Assembly (NCBI RefSeq): GCF_001564455.1
Contig: NZ_CP011391.1
Coordinates: 2,400,001-2,432,000 of the forward strand
DNA: 32,000 nt
Source: Faecalibaculum rodentium
GTDB taxonomy: Bacteria > Bacillota_I > Bacilli_A > Erysipelotrichales > Erysipelotrichaceae
Reading direction: 5' to 3'
Shown here: positions 7,420 through 16,277 of the stretch, one piece after another
How positions within the stretch are numbered: the first letter of the stretch is position 1
Layout: each line of letters starts with the position of its first letter
Translations under genes and position numbers: made by a program
The notes under the pieces: model-generated
Told to the model about the DNA's origin: nothing
The model's input: the letters and a program-made list of their open reading frames with translations, nothing else
Databases searched by the model: none

Positions 7420-8717
7420 ACTAAGCCTCTTTCTAAGATGGCAATCAATTCAGATGGATAGCGACAAAAGAGTGTGGCATTGAATACTGCATTTCTGACC
7501 TGTTTGCCATACTCTTCTCCCTTCTTAGGAAACGTAATGCTGTTCCAGTCAACAAAGGACTTTGTGTTTAAGATATACCTGCAGGCATATTCATATACGT
7601 TCCGGATATGTTCAAAACTGGCAGCATCAGAATCTTTACTATCATAGAGTCCTGATTCCATATACCGCTGAACCGTTTGCTGCATCTCTTTATCTGGATA
7701 TTCGAGTTCAGCCAAAATGATAGGAGTCTTTACATTTTTCAGATTTGCTTCATCAAATAATTGACTGACATACAAAGCCGTAAATCCATGTAAGGCCGCA
7801 ATGTATGACCGGGCTACCTTTTCCCTCGAAGCTGTACCATCAGTAACAGTTTTCCCCAGCATGTCCAGATAACAGGTTAATAATGCTGATGCTTTTCCGG
7901 TACCATTTTTCTGTTCATGAAAAAACTGCAGCATAAGAAGAAAGAAAACCTGATCTGTAAATTTACGAGTAGATAGAGATTTGTCACAGGCCTTCAATTG
8001 CTCTGAGAACAGCCGTTTGAGAAAAATCTCTGATTCTCGTCTACCTCTTGGGGAGCATTCAAAACAGTTGAAAATAGTCGCCTCTGCCACATTATTCATC
8101 AATTCGATTGCAGAAGCCGGATCCTTCAACTTCTGCAATTCTCCATTCCAGTCAGTTTCTTCCGAGTTTTTTTGCAGATCTAACTCAATCTGTTTTAATA
8201 CATAACTGAGAATAATCGCTTTGTACTCTAATTCTTCATCATTGGACTTTAGAAACCGTTTCAACACCGAATAATCTACAGATAGTTTTTGAGGACTTAT
8301 CATTGAAACCAAATGGATTCTCTTCCTTGGTTCCACCTGTTGGTCAGCCGTTTCATTTTTTGTAATTTGCAGACCATTAGTCCTATTCTTTTTATTCCCA
8401 CGCTGTCTATATGTGTCCGGATTCATAGTCTTTACAGTGATAATGATGACAATCAGCACAACGGCTATATCAAGCAAGAGATGTAATAACGGATACTGTT
8501 CCGATATCATTACAAATCCCGGAATACCAGGTGTTTCTTCGTAATTCGTCATAATGATATACGACCCAAGAAGACCAAGAAACACTCCGATAACCAACAT
8601 TTGCATCCAGCTTCTGCGATTATAAATAGTATTTATGTGCTGAAAAACAGGAATACCCAGTATCTCGTCTTTCATGGCAATGATAATACCTATTAAAACG
8701 CCAAATACTATTTCCAT
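7416..8717 (-). CDS. Hypothetical 433-aa membrane protein: 3 N-terminal TM helices plus a ~330-aa helical cytoplasmic domain (protein A)
   Basis: ATG 8717..8715 behind SD AAGGAG (rc of 8722..8727). Hydrophobic segments at residues 1-15, 38-56 and 77-95. The rest is charged and helical with no motif I recognise. Confidence 0.85.
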   Translation of the reverse strand: MEIVFGVLIGIIIAMKDEILGIPVFQHINTIYNRRSWMQMLVIGVFLGLLGSYIIMTNYEETPGIPGFVMISEQYPLLHLLLDIAVVLIVIIITVKTMNPDTYRQRGNKKNRTNGLQITKNETADQQVEPRKRIHLVSMISPQKLSVDYSVLKRFLKSNDEELEYKAIILSYVLKQIELDLQKNSEETDWNGELQKLKDPASAIELMNNVAEATIFNCFECSPRGRRESEIFLKRLFSEQLKACDKSLSTRKFTDQVFFLLMLQFFHEQKNGTGKASALLTCYLDMLGKTVTDGTASREKVARSYIAALHGFTALYVSQLFDEANLKNVKTPIILAELEYPDKEMQQTVQRYMESGLYDSKDSDAASFEHIRNVYEYACRYILNTKSFVDWNSITFPKKGEEYGKQVRNAVFNATLFCRYPSELIAILERGLV

Positions 8718-8791
8718 AAAACTCCTTACTACATCTTCAAACGCAAAACCGTATAATATCTGTTTTATTGCGTTTTAGATTTTTGAAAATT

Positions 8792-8816
8792 GGGATTTCA
8801 GAAGCTCTGAAATCCC
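8792..8816 (-). terminator. Rho-independent terminator ending the pilus operon
   Basis: GGGATTTCAGA (8792..8802)/TCTGAAATCCC (8806..8816). On the minus strand it is followed by AATTTTCAAAAATC, 37 nt after the stop at 8853. Confidence 0.55.
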
Positions 8817-8852
8817 AAATCAGACATAAGAATTAAAAACCAATATACGAAC

Positions 8853-9506
8853 TCAAGCTTCCTTCTTCCGCCTCCACAGCACCACCAGTGCCAGTACGCT
8901 CAGGGAAATCCCTGCCAGCATCAGGAACTGATCCTGCTGCAGCTCAGCCGCCGTCTTCGCCTTTGACGGTTTCGTCGGTTTCTTTCTGTACGAGTCCGTC
9001 TTGCCAAAGGAAGTCGCATCATAGCTGCCGGACTTATCCGGGATCGTTGCCAGATAGGAAGTCATGACATACCCGGCTTCCCCCAGCTCAGTCTGACGGA
9101 CATAGTAGATCCCCAGGGGCAGATCGCTGAATGTCACCGTGTTGGATTCCCCGATGGTCCTCGTAGCATAGGGCTGCAGGCCTTCCTGATCGATGTAGTC
9201 ACCCACAAACTCAATCAGAGGATGAGACTCATCCGCATCCCAGTAGTTCAGATCCTGCTCCGTAAAGTGGAACCGGATTCCTTCAAACCCCGGTGCATTC
9301 TGATACTCATATGGACCATCCTCTGATACCCCAATGGTCGCCACCTGCCAGATGGCATAGGATGATCCCTCCAGCGGGTATTTTCCATTGAATGAAATCG
9401 TCAGGGATCCTCGCTCGTTCAAATCAATATCCTGCGCTGCAACGGGCATCGCCGCAAACAGCGGGATCAGCAGAAGGATCCATAACTTTCTCAAAATTCC
9501 CTTCAT
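8853..9506 (-). CDS. Small pilin-like/Cna-B-like surface protein (217 aa) with a C-terminal TM anchor but no LPXTG
   Basis: SD GAGGGAAA. Signal peptide MKGILRKLWILLLIPLFAAMPVAAQD. E-box-like YYVRQTELGEAGY. C-terminal hydrophobic stretch plus RRKKEA tail. Last gene of the pilus operon. Confidence 0.75.
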   Translation of the reverse strand: MKGILRKLWILLLIPLFAAMPVAAQDIDLNERGSLTISFNGKYPLEGSSYAIWQVATIGVSEDGPYEYQNAPGFEGIRFHFTEQDLNYWDADESHPLIEFVGDYIDQEGLQPYATRTIGESNTVTFSDLPLGIYYVRQTELGEAGYVMTSYLATIPDKSGSYDATSFGKTDSYRKKPTKPSKAKTAAELQQDQFLMLAGISLSVLALVVLWRRKKEA

Positions 9507-9523
9507 AAGTTTCCCTCAACTTT

Positions 9524-10351
9524 CTAACCTTTCTTTTTCCGTCCTCTGGCCATTACCCAGACAAAGAGTCCGATCAGGACAGGAACGGCAATGAACAGCG
9601 CCACAAGCTTCGAGTCAATGAGCATGGCCTCATTTCGTGTATTGATGAAATCATCCGGCAGGTTGTCCACACGGTGACCGCGTACCATTAGACGATGCGA
9701 ATTGATACCGTATGGCGTACATGTCATCAAAGTGACATAATCTTTTCCATCTTCTATCTCCAGCTTTGAATAATCTGTTGGCAGCACAATGGAAATCTGA
9801 TCTACCTGGTATGTCATAAGATTATCCAGTGACTGAATCATGAAATAATCCCCTTCCTCCAAATCATCAAGATCTGTAAGGAGCTTGGCAGATGGCAGTC
9901 CCCTGTGCCCTGAAATTACTGAATGAGTTCCCTGACCCCCGATCGGCAGAGAGGAACCCTCAATATGACCCAGAGCAGTATTTAAAACTGAATCATCCGT
10001 TCCATGATAGATGGGCAGGTTTACACGCAAAGACGGAATTTTCAGGATTCCCATCATTCCATCTTCCGTAATATTCAATGTCTCCTCATATTTTTTGTGC
10101 AATGCATCCGAAGGATTGAACCGGTAAGTCTCCTTAGAAAGCAAAGAATTGTATTCCTTTGCTCCCTCAATCATCTGATCATATTCCTCCGGACTCATGC
10201 GATTTACCGTATCCTCATAGGATACAACCGCCCTGGATGCATACATTGAATTCACCCAGTCCGAAACTGTCGGATACAACAGCAGGGACAACCCTGCCGT
10301 GAAAATGATTATGAGGAGAATCGTGGTGAGATTCTTTCTTATAAACTTCAT
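9524..10351 (-). CDS. srtC: Class C (pilin-polymerising) sortase
   Basis: N- and C-terminal TM anchors, VISGHRGLP His motif, TLMTCTPYGINSHRLMVRGHRV (TLxTC plus Arg). Sits next to the pilin genes. Confidence 0.9.
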   Translation of the reverse strand: MKFIRKNLTTILLIIIFTAGLSLLLYPTVSDWVNSMYASRAVVSYEDTVNRMSPEEYDQMIEGAKEYNSLLSKETYRFNPSDALHKKYEETLNITEDGMMGILKIPSLRVNLPIYHGTDDSVLNTALGHIEGSSLPIGGQGTHSVISGHRGLPSAKLLTDLDDLEEGDYFMIQSLDNLMTYQVDQISIVLPTDYSKLEIEDGKDYVTLMTCTPYGINSHRLMVRGHRVDNLPDDFINTRNEAMLIDSKLVALFIAVPVLIGLFVWVMARGRKKKG

Positions 10352-10370
10352 TGCAGAGTTCTCCCTGCCA

Positions 10371-10401
10371 TTGAATCAGGAAGGCAGTCTTCCTGATTCA
10401 A
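10371..10401 (-). promoter_or_regulatory. Perfect 13-bp stem hairpin between the major pilin and sortase genes (attenuator or mRNA-stability element)
   Basis: TTGAATCAGGAAG (10371..10383), loop GCAGT, CTTCCTGATTCAA (10389..10401). No U tract afterwards on the minus strand. Confidence 0.45.
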
Positions 10402-10429
10402 CGACAGTAAATCAACTTGTCAAAAGAGC

Positions 10430-11899
10430 TTATGCAGCCATTCTCTTGCGAACAACGAATAGTACTGCTGCACCAGCAACCATCAGGCCGCCAATCGTGT
10501 ACAGAGCCGTTGTACCCATACCACCTGTGGAAGGCAGAGTCGCACCACCCTTGGTGTTCTCGATGTTTGCCTTCACTTCATTCATAGAAGGATTCGAAAC
10601 ATTAGTATCATTAAGAGTTACATTAAACTGCTGACGGGATGTCATCAGGTTATAACCAGCCGGTGCTTTGGTTTCCTGCAGCCAGTAGGAACCTTCAGGC
10701 AGACCAGTCACGTGGAACTGACCATCAGTTCCAGAAGTCAGAGTGGTTACAGAACTGTCACCATCTACAGGAGCCTGTACATAACGATATGTATCTCCAT
10801 CCTTGATAAAACTCAGTTTTGTTCCTTCAGTGGCTTCTGTATAAATCTCGAATTCTGCACCAGCAAGAGTGGTAGCCTCGTCGTTTGCATCCACCTTTGT
10901 GAAGTCAGCTTTTCCAAGGAAGATTTTTACAAAGTCATTGACTGTATCGTTATCTCCCGGCTTAACTACGACAGTGTTCTGTACGGATCCTGCAGAAACT
11001 GCAGCATCCGTTACTGTTGCCCGGTAAGTAATCGTTACAGAAGTGGAAGCTGTTAATCTCTGCAGATAAGTATCTTTGAAAGCAACAGTGATTTTCTGGC
11101 CATCTACAGAGACTGAATAATCTTTGTCATTTGTCAATGTGCTAGGAGTTATAGAGATAGAATCAGCAACAAGTTCCAGACCCGTTCCCATCGTATCGGT
11201 GATGGTGAAAGATTTCAGACCAGGTTCAATGTTTGTGGTAATCTCAAAGGATTTGATTTCTCCAACATAAGCGGTTGAGTGATCGGCATCTACTTGAGTA
11301 TTTTCAGGATCATTAACCTTCTTATCAACATTAGTCGGTTTGTTCTTATCGGTAATTGTCACGCTGGGAGTTGCTGTATTAATGCTGGCAATCGTTCCTG
11401 CATCTGTTTTTACATAGTAATAACCATAAGGAACATCTGTAATGGACAATGCACCTGCTGTATCTGCCGTCACAGATTTATGATCGAATACTTTATTCAA
11501 ATCATCAACTTCTTTCGAATTCAGGAATGTAGCAATATCTTGACCTGTGATTCCAGTCTTAACTGCTACGTTATACTTGCCATTTGCAGTAGCCTGGAAA
11601 TTAAATAATTCAGGATTTGCTGAAGCAAAGAATGTTTTCTGCTCTTCTGTCGCAATATAAGAAGCAGTTCTTTTATCATCAAACTCTACGCCAGGGTTGA
11701 TTACATCATGAGTCTGTTCTGTAGCGCTTACCTCAAAAATCTGATAGGCAGTATACGTTTTTCCCTTCTGGGCATTGGCAATGGTAATGGTTCCCTCGCC
11801 GGCGGCAAGTTCTGCAGCATTGACTGTTGTCAGGCCAACACCAGCCACCATAGTAGCTGCTGCGGCAACAGAGAACATCTTTTTAAAATTTTTGTTCAT
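10430..11899 (-). CDS. Major (backbone) pilin, LPXTG-anchored (489 aa)
   Basis: Start moved to ATG 11899 (MNKNFKKMFSVAAAATMVAGVGLTTVNA signal peptide). E-box YWLQETKAPAGY. LPSTG (rc of 10523..10537) plus hydrophobic tail and RKR. Confidence 0.85.
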   Translation of the reverse strand: MNKNFKKMFSVAAAATMVAGVGLTTVNAAELAAGEGTITIANAQKGKTYTAYQIFEVSATEQTHDVINPGVEFDDKRTASYIATEEQKTFFASANPELFNFQATANGKYNVAVKTGITGQDIATFLNSKEVDDLNKVFDHKSVTADTAGALSITDVPYGYYYVKTDAGTIASINTATPSVTITDKNKPTNVDKKVNDPENTQVDADHSTAYVGEIKSFEITTNIEPGLKSFTITDTMGTGLELVADSISITPSTLTNDKDYSVSVDGQKITVAFKDTYLQRLTASTSVTITYRATVTDAAVSAGSVQNTVVVKPGDNDTVNDFVKIFLGKADFTKVDANDEATTLAGAEFEIYTEATEGTKLSFIKDGDTYRYVQAPVDGDSSVTTLTSGTDGQFHVTGLPEGSYWLQETKAPAGYNLMTSRQQFNVTLNDTNVSNPSMNEVKANIENTKGGATLPSTGGMGTTALYTIGGLMVAGAAVLFVVRKRMAA

Positions 11900-11987
11900 A
11901 ATTTCCTTTCTTTTCCTTTCCGGTATCAAATTCCCGGATTTTTTATTTATCGAATACAAATCCCCTTAAGGTCAGGGGCGGAGGCTT

Positions 11988-14900
11988 TTACTTCAACCCC
12001 CTTTCTTTGCCCCTAAGCCTCTTTTTGTATCCGTACATGAGCAGGCTACCGGCAATCATTGCCGCGCCTGCGGATGTAAGAAGTTGTGTACCGGATCCAC
12101 CGGTGTTGGGCAGCGGTTTACCTGCCTCATTTTTAATAGTAAGCGTTACACGTCTTCCATTAATTCCAACTGATACATACCTATCAGAATCAAATTCACC
12201 TGGTTTTCCATTACCATCCAGAATTTCAACAGTAGTATCCTTGCCATTGAATGTAATCTTGAAGATCACATTGTCCTGCAGATATCCGGCAGGCGGTGTT
12301 TTCTCCTTCAGGTAATAAACTTTTCCGTTTTGAACTCGTCCAATATCTATATGACCTGCATTCTCTCCGGAACCGCTCGTCGTATATTCTCTAAGCGGAT
12401 CTTTCGTCAGGTCATCATAGATTTCGAATACGGCACCATTCAGTTTTTCACTACCATCACTGGACACTTTGAATACATCCAGCAAAGCAGCATCAGTCTG
12501 AACAACAGGTTTCTGATATGGAGTAATCTCTATAACTCCGCTACCGGGATTTGTTGCAAGCCATTGTGTTTCGGATTCTTTATATGGATTCTTATATCGG
12601 TAATTCAGAGCAGAACTTTCATTTGAGAAGAATCCTCCGCGGTTGCTCGAAGTTGTGTTGCCAGATGGCCGGTAATCACTGTTGGAATCTCCAGATTCGT
12701 TGTATGTCATCTGCTGATTATCAAACTTCTCATACGCTTCGGCAGTTGTTTCTACATTGAAACTGAGTTCATATCTGTAGGCAGGATCCATGGACCAGTC
12801 CGGATTGAATTTCAGCTGAATTGTCTTGGATTTCAGATCAACAAACACGCCACCAGTACTGCCAAACACCTGAGCATTTGTCCAGTTTTTGACATTCACA
12901 TTCGTGCCAATCGTATCCCTGTTCTCAAAGCTGAAATTCGAAGTTTCATTCGGTAATGCCTGTTTCGGACTTACTTCACTCTTATTCAGGGAAGGTGTCT
13001 GATAGATGATGACTGGTTCAGGTGCTGCAGCTCCTGTTGGAATTGCCTTGACAATGATAGTTGTGTTTACTAAATCGAAATTGACATTTTGAGAAAGTGT
13101 ATCCTGAATCACCAAATTGTCACAGCGTGGGCCAATGCACATCAGATATAGCTGTTCCTGCAGAGAAGTTACATCTGTTGCGCTGCCACAAAATCCATCT
13201 TTAGAGGGCAAATCTGGGACATCTATTGTTTTCCCTTCATAAGTAAATTTTCCTACTCCATTTGGATTTTTGGCCAAGAATACGGTCGGAGTTGTATCGT
13301 AAGCAATTGTACTTAATGTAAATTGCCTAGTTGAATCTGCATATAATGCATTGATCTGGCTTACGACTCCCTTTGCATCAACCATATTGGTCTCATTGCT
13401 ACCACCGATTTCATACCTATTGCCATCATTATGTACAGTAGGTACGCCGTCACTTAGGAAGATTACATATGTGGAATAACCTCTTGGCGTCTGATCAATG
13501 ACGCCTGAAAGCTTTAAAAGTGCATCCTCATAGTTCGTGCCTCCCAAGTCCCCACTCTGAAGCGATGTACCATTCAACTTGTTCTTAACACTGCTAAAAT
13601 CCTTATATACGGTATTATCTATAGTTGCAAGAGACGCAAAAGTAATCAATCGAACCTGGTTCATAGAATTCAACTTGTAGAAATCCTGTAAAACACCAGT
13701 ATTACCAACCAAAGTATTTTTAAGATTCGACCAGCGAGACGTACTTGTGTTACCCAGATTTTCATTCATACTCGCTGAAGTATCCAGAACCAGAATCAAA
13801 TTGACAGGGTTCTCATCTGCAATTGGTCCGGCATCCAGATACAAGCGGTACGAATCAGAAAGGTTCTTATCTGATCCATATCCCGCATCAGGATTCACGA
13901 CAGAATCTCCCAGATAATCAATCATTTTCGAATGCGGGATTTCCTTTTCCGCCATGGGAATGGTTCCGGAACCAAATGATCCTGAAGCAACCTTGGTGTT
14001 TGTAATGGTGTACTGGATATCCAGTTTCTCCTGCGCAACCACTTCATATATGTGAGCTCTATGTTGAGAGGAATCCGCCCTAAAACTTGAAGTATACCAC
14101 AAATGATCAGAACCGTAGTCAATATAATAGTTCTCAGACCTAAGCCCATCATCATTAACAATGAATGACGATCTGTTATTAGGAGTACTCGTAAGTCTCA
14201 AAACACCATAATTAATCCTTAAATAATAGTTGTTATTACTCAACGCGAAGCCCCCATTATGGCTGGCAGCCGTCCACAGGATCGAGTCAGTAAGCAAACC
14301 ATCATAAGTATTTGTTGAATAGCTGCTGCCATTTCTTCCCAGGGCCCTGTTTTGGTCATCGTTGAGAATCACGTACTGCTTGCCCGCTTCCAGCTGAGAT
14401 GCAGGTTGTGATTTAACTGTTCGGAAATTATCATCTACAACTTCCTGCCGCTGGTAGGAAGCGAGATACCCATCAAGGGTTTCTGTAACGTAGAACTTTG
14501 TATAGTCCGCAGTCTGATCCGGGTATTTCTCTTTGAACTTAGTCAGAAGTTCGCTGTAACTGATTTCCCGTTTCCAGGTTCTTGATCCGGAATCATAGCT
14601 GATCTCGGTTTCCATGATGACCGGATTGGGATCTACCATACCCTCCAGCAGGTCCGGCTGATAGGTTTCAGGATTGTAGTCTCCATAGCGGATTTGGACA
14701 GGAACAGAAGTAACTTCACTTTCAAGAGGCTGCTTCGTCCATTTCTTTTCAATGATGAATGAGTTCGGCGTCACATCTGTTTCCGCAGCTGCGTTAATTC
14801 CATCCGTCTCTTCATTGGCCGTCTTCAGAACCACATCTCCTGAATAGATAGTTTCTGTACCATCTGAAGCTGTTTCTTCTGAACCAGTCATCACTTCTTC

Positions 14901-16265
14901 CAGTTTCTGAACAGGAACAAGAGGTTTCAGCTTGTAGGCCGCTCCCTCAGTGTTTCCACCGCCTGTATAAGAATCTGTGCTTACCTCCTGTGTAATCCCT
15001 ACACGCCAGTGGTGAGTCAGATTGTCGTCTGTAACCAGAATCGTCAGTTTATCGGAAGTTTCACCCTCCAGATCTTTCCAGGCTTCAGAATCTGCGTTTT
15101 CTGTATCGTTGTACTGCCACTGATAATGCAGGATTTCACCATCCTCGAATCCCTGAGGAACAGCCGTCAATGTGATTTCGTCACCAGTCTGTACTTTATT
15201 GTCAGCGCCCTCGATGGAAACCGTTTTTGTCTGTTGGTCAGATTCGGAATCCTCAGGATTGTCCTCTCCGGAACCATCACCTGGAGTCTCAGTGTCTGCA
15301 CCATTCTCGGATGGTGCTTTTTCTGAGATCTGCAGAGAACCGATCAGCTGTGCAGCAGAGCGGTCAATTACCTTTACAGATTTTTCGACATCTCCCGCAT
15401 ATATTTTTGCTTTCTTTGATGCTTCATCATAACTTTCCAGGATACCGGACTTTCTCTTGCCTTCATCATCCTGATAGAACACCACATCCCCGGCCTTCGC
15501 CTCTTTGGCATCCTTGACCAGATCTTCGGACCGGGCAGCGATCCATTCATCGGCATTTGACTTCCAGCCGGCTTTCGCATTGGCATACTTCAGAACCCAG
15601 CCGGTGAAGGCATTGTTCCAGTCACCATATCGGTCACCAGCCCATTCCCCGTACCTGGTAAAGCCGTCTTCCGTGCCGTCATCGTTGACCCGGAAGTTCT
15701 TGTCCGATTCCTTGTATCCCTTCTGGCTTTCCGCCACCTGCAAAACTCGTTCCCGGACATCTTCTTTCAGATCAGCCGGAACCGTCTTTTTCCAGTCCTC
15801 TTCCGTTTCCACGGCTTCCGGATCGGATTCGCATTGTCTGGAATGGGTGTGTTCCTCTTTCCCACACATCGGTTCGCTGCTCTTTTTGCAGTCGTCGGTA
15901 TGGATATGTCCCTCCGTGCCTTCCGACTCATTCTTATCGCAGATCAGAACCTGTTCTGTCAGGTAACAGGTCTCATCATGCACATGGAGTTCGCTTTCTT
16001 CCTGTCCGCAGATCAGTGTCTGCATTTCCTGGTAACAGGATTCGTCATGGACATGACCTTCCGTACTGTCAGATTCTTCCTGACCGCAAAGATATTCCCC
16101 GCTTCTGTAACACTCTTCTATATGCGTGTGCTCTTCCTTGCCGCAGTGTGTCTCGCTGGAAAGCGTCACGGCTGGCAGGATCAGCGCATAGGTCGTGCAG
16201 AACACGACGACCGCTGCCAGAGCACCCACCAGTTTTTTCCGTATATGGCGGTGTCTCTTCATCAT
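11988..16265 (-). CDS. Pilus tip adhesin (1425 aa): Cys/His repeats, CHAP-like domain, vWA domain with MIDAS, Cna-B-like domain, LPNTG
   Basis: ATG 16265 behind GAAAGGAAA. N-terminal anchor/signal. VLDTSAS MIDAS motif (rc of 13770..13784). YYLKEKTPPAGY E-box. LPNTG (rc of 12099..12113) plus a TM and basic tail. Confidence 0.85.
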   Translation of the reverse strand: MMKRHRHIRKKLVGALAAVVVFCTTYALILPAVTLSSETHCGKEEHTHIEECYRSGEYLCGQEESDSTEGHVHDESCYQEMQTLICGQEESELHVHDETCYLTEQVLICDKNESEGTEGHIHTDDCKKSSEPMCGKEEHTHSRQCESDPEAVETEEDWKKTVPADLKEDVRERVLQVAESQKGYKESDKNFRVNDDGTEDGFTRYGEWAGDRYGDWNNAFTGWVLKYANAKAGWKSNADEWIAARSEDLVKDAKEAKAGDVVFYQDDEGKRKSGILESYDEASKKAKIYAGDVEKSVKVIDRSAAQLIGSLQISEKAPSENGADTETPGDGSGEDNPEDSESDQQTKTVSIEGADNKVQTGDEITLTAVPQGFEDGEILHYQWQYNDTENADSEAWKDLEGETSDKLTILVTDDNLTHHWRVGITQEVSTDSYTGGGNTEGAAYKLKPLVPVQKLEEVMTGSEETASDGTETIYSGDVVLKTANEETDGINAAAETDVTPNSFIIEKKWTKQPLESEVTSVPVQIRYGDYNPETYQPDLLEGMVDPNPVIMETEISYDSGSRTWKREISYSELLTKFKEKYPDQTADYTKFYVTETLDGYLASYQRQEVVDDNFRTVKSQPASQLEAGKQYVILNDDQNRALGRNGSSYSTNTYDGLLTDSILWTAASHNGGFALSNNNYYLRINYGVLRLTSTPNNRSSFIVNDDGLRSENYYIDYGSDHLWYTSSFRADSSQHRAHIYEVVAQEKLDIQYTITNTKVASGSFGSGTIPMAEKEIPHSKMIDYLGDSVVNPDAGYGSDKNLSDSYRLYLDAGPIADENPVNLILVLDTSASMNENLGNTSTSRWSNLKNTLVGNTGVLQDFYKLNSMNQVRLITFASLATIDNTVYKDFSSVKNKLNGTSLQSGDLGGTNYEDALLKLSGVIDQTPRGYSTYVIFLSDGVPTVHNDGNRYEIGGSNETNMVDAKGVVSQINALYADSTRQFTLSTIAYDTTPTVFLAKNPNGVGKFTYEGKTIDVPDLPSKDGFCGSATDVTSLQEQLYLMCIGPRCDNLVIQDTLSQNVNFDLVNTTIIVKAIPTGAAAPEPVIIYQTPSLNKSEVSPKQALPNETSNFSFENRDTIGTNVNVKNWTNAQVFGSTGGVFVDLKSKTIQLKFNPDWSMDPAYRYELSFNVETTAEAYEKFDNQQMTYNESGDSNSDYRPSGNTTSSNRGGFFSNESSALNYRYKNPYKESETQWLATNPGSGVIEITPYQKPVVQTDAALLDVFKVSSDGSEKLNGAVFEIYDDLTKDPLREYTTSGSGENAGHIDIGRVQNGKVYYLKEKTPPAGYLQDNVIFKITFNGKDTTVEILDGNGKPGEFDSDRYVSVGINGRRVTLTIKNEAGKPLPNTGGSGTQLLTSAGAAMIAGSLLMYGYKKRLRGKERGLK

Positions 16266-16277
16266 CAAATTTCCTTT

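Noticed and set aside
7890-7907. Walker-A-like string NGTGKAS in protein A
   Set aside because: It does not fit G-x4-G-K-[ST] (GK is followed by Ala, and the upstream Gly spacing is wrong). There is no Walker B candidate.
8752-8757. Perfect TATAAT on the plus strand between the cassette and the pilus operon
   Set aside because: No plus-strand gene lies downstream. On the minus strand the same spot reads TATTAT and may be the -10 of the cassette, but it lacks a convincing -35, so I did not annotate it as a feature.
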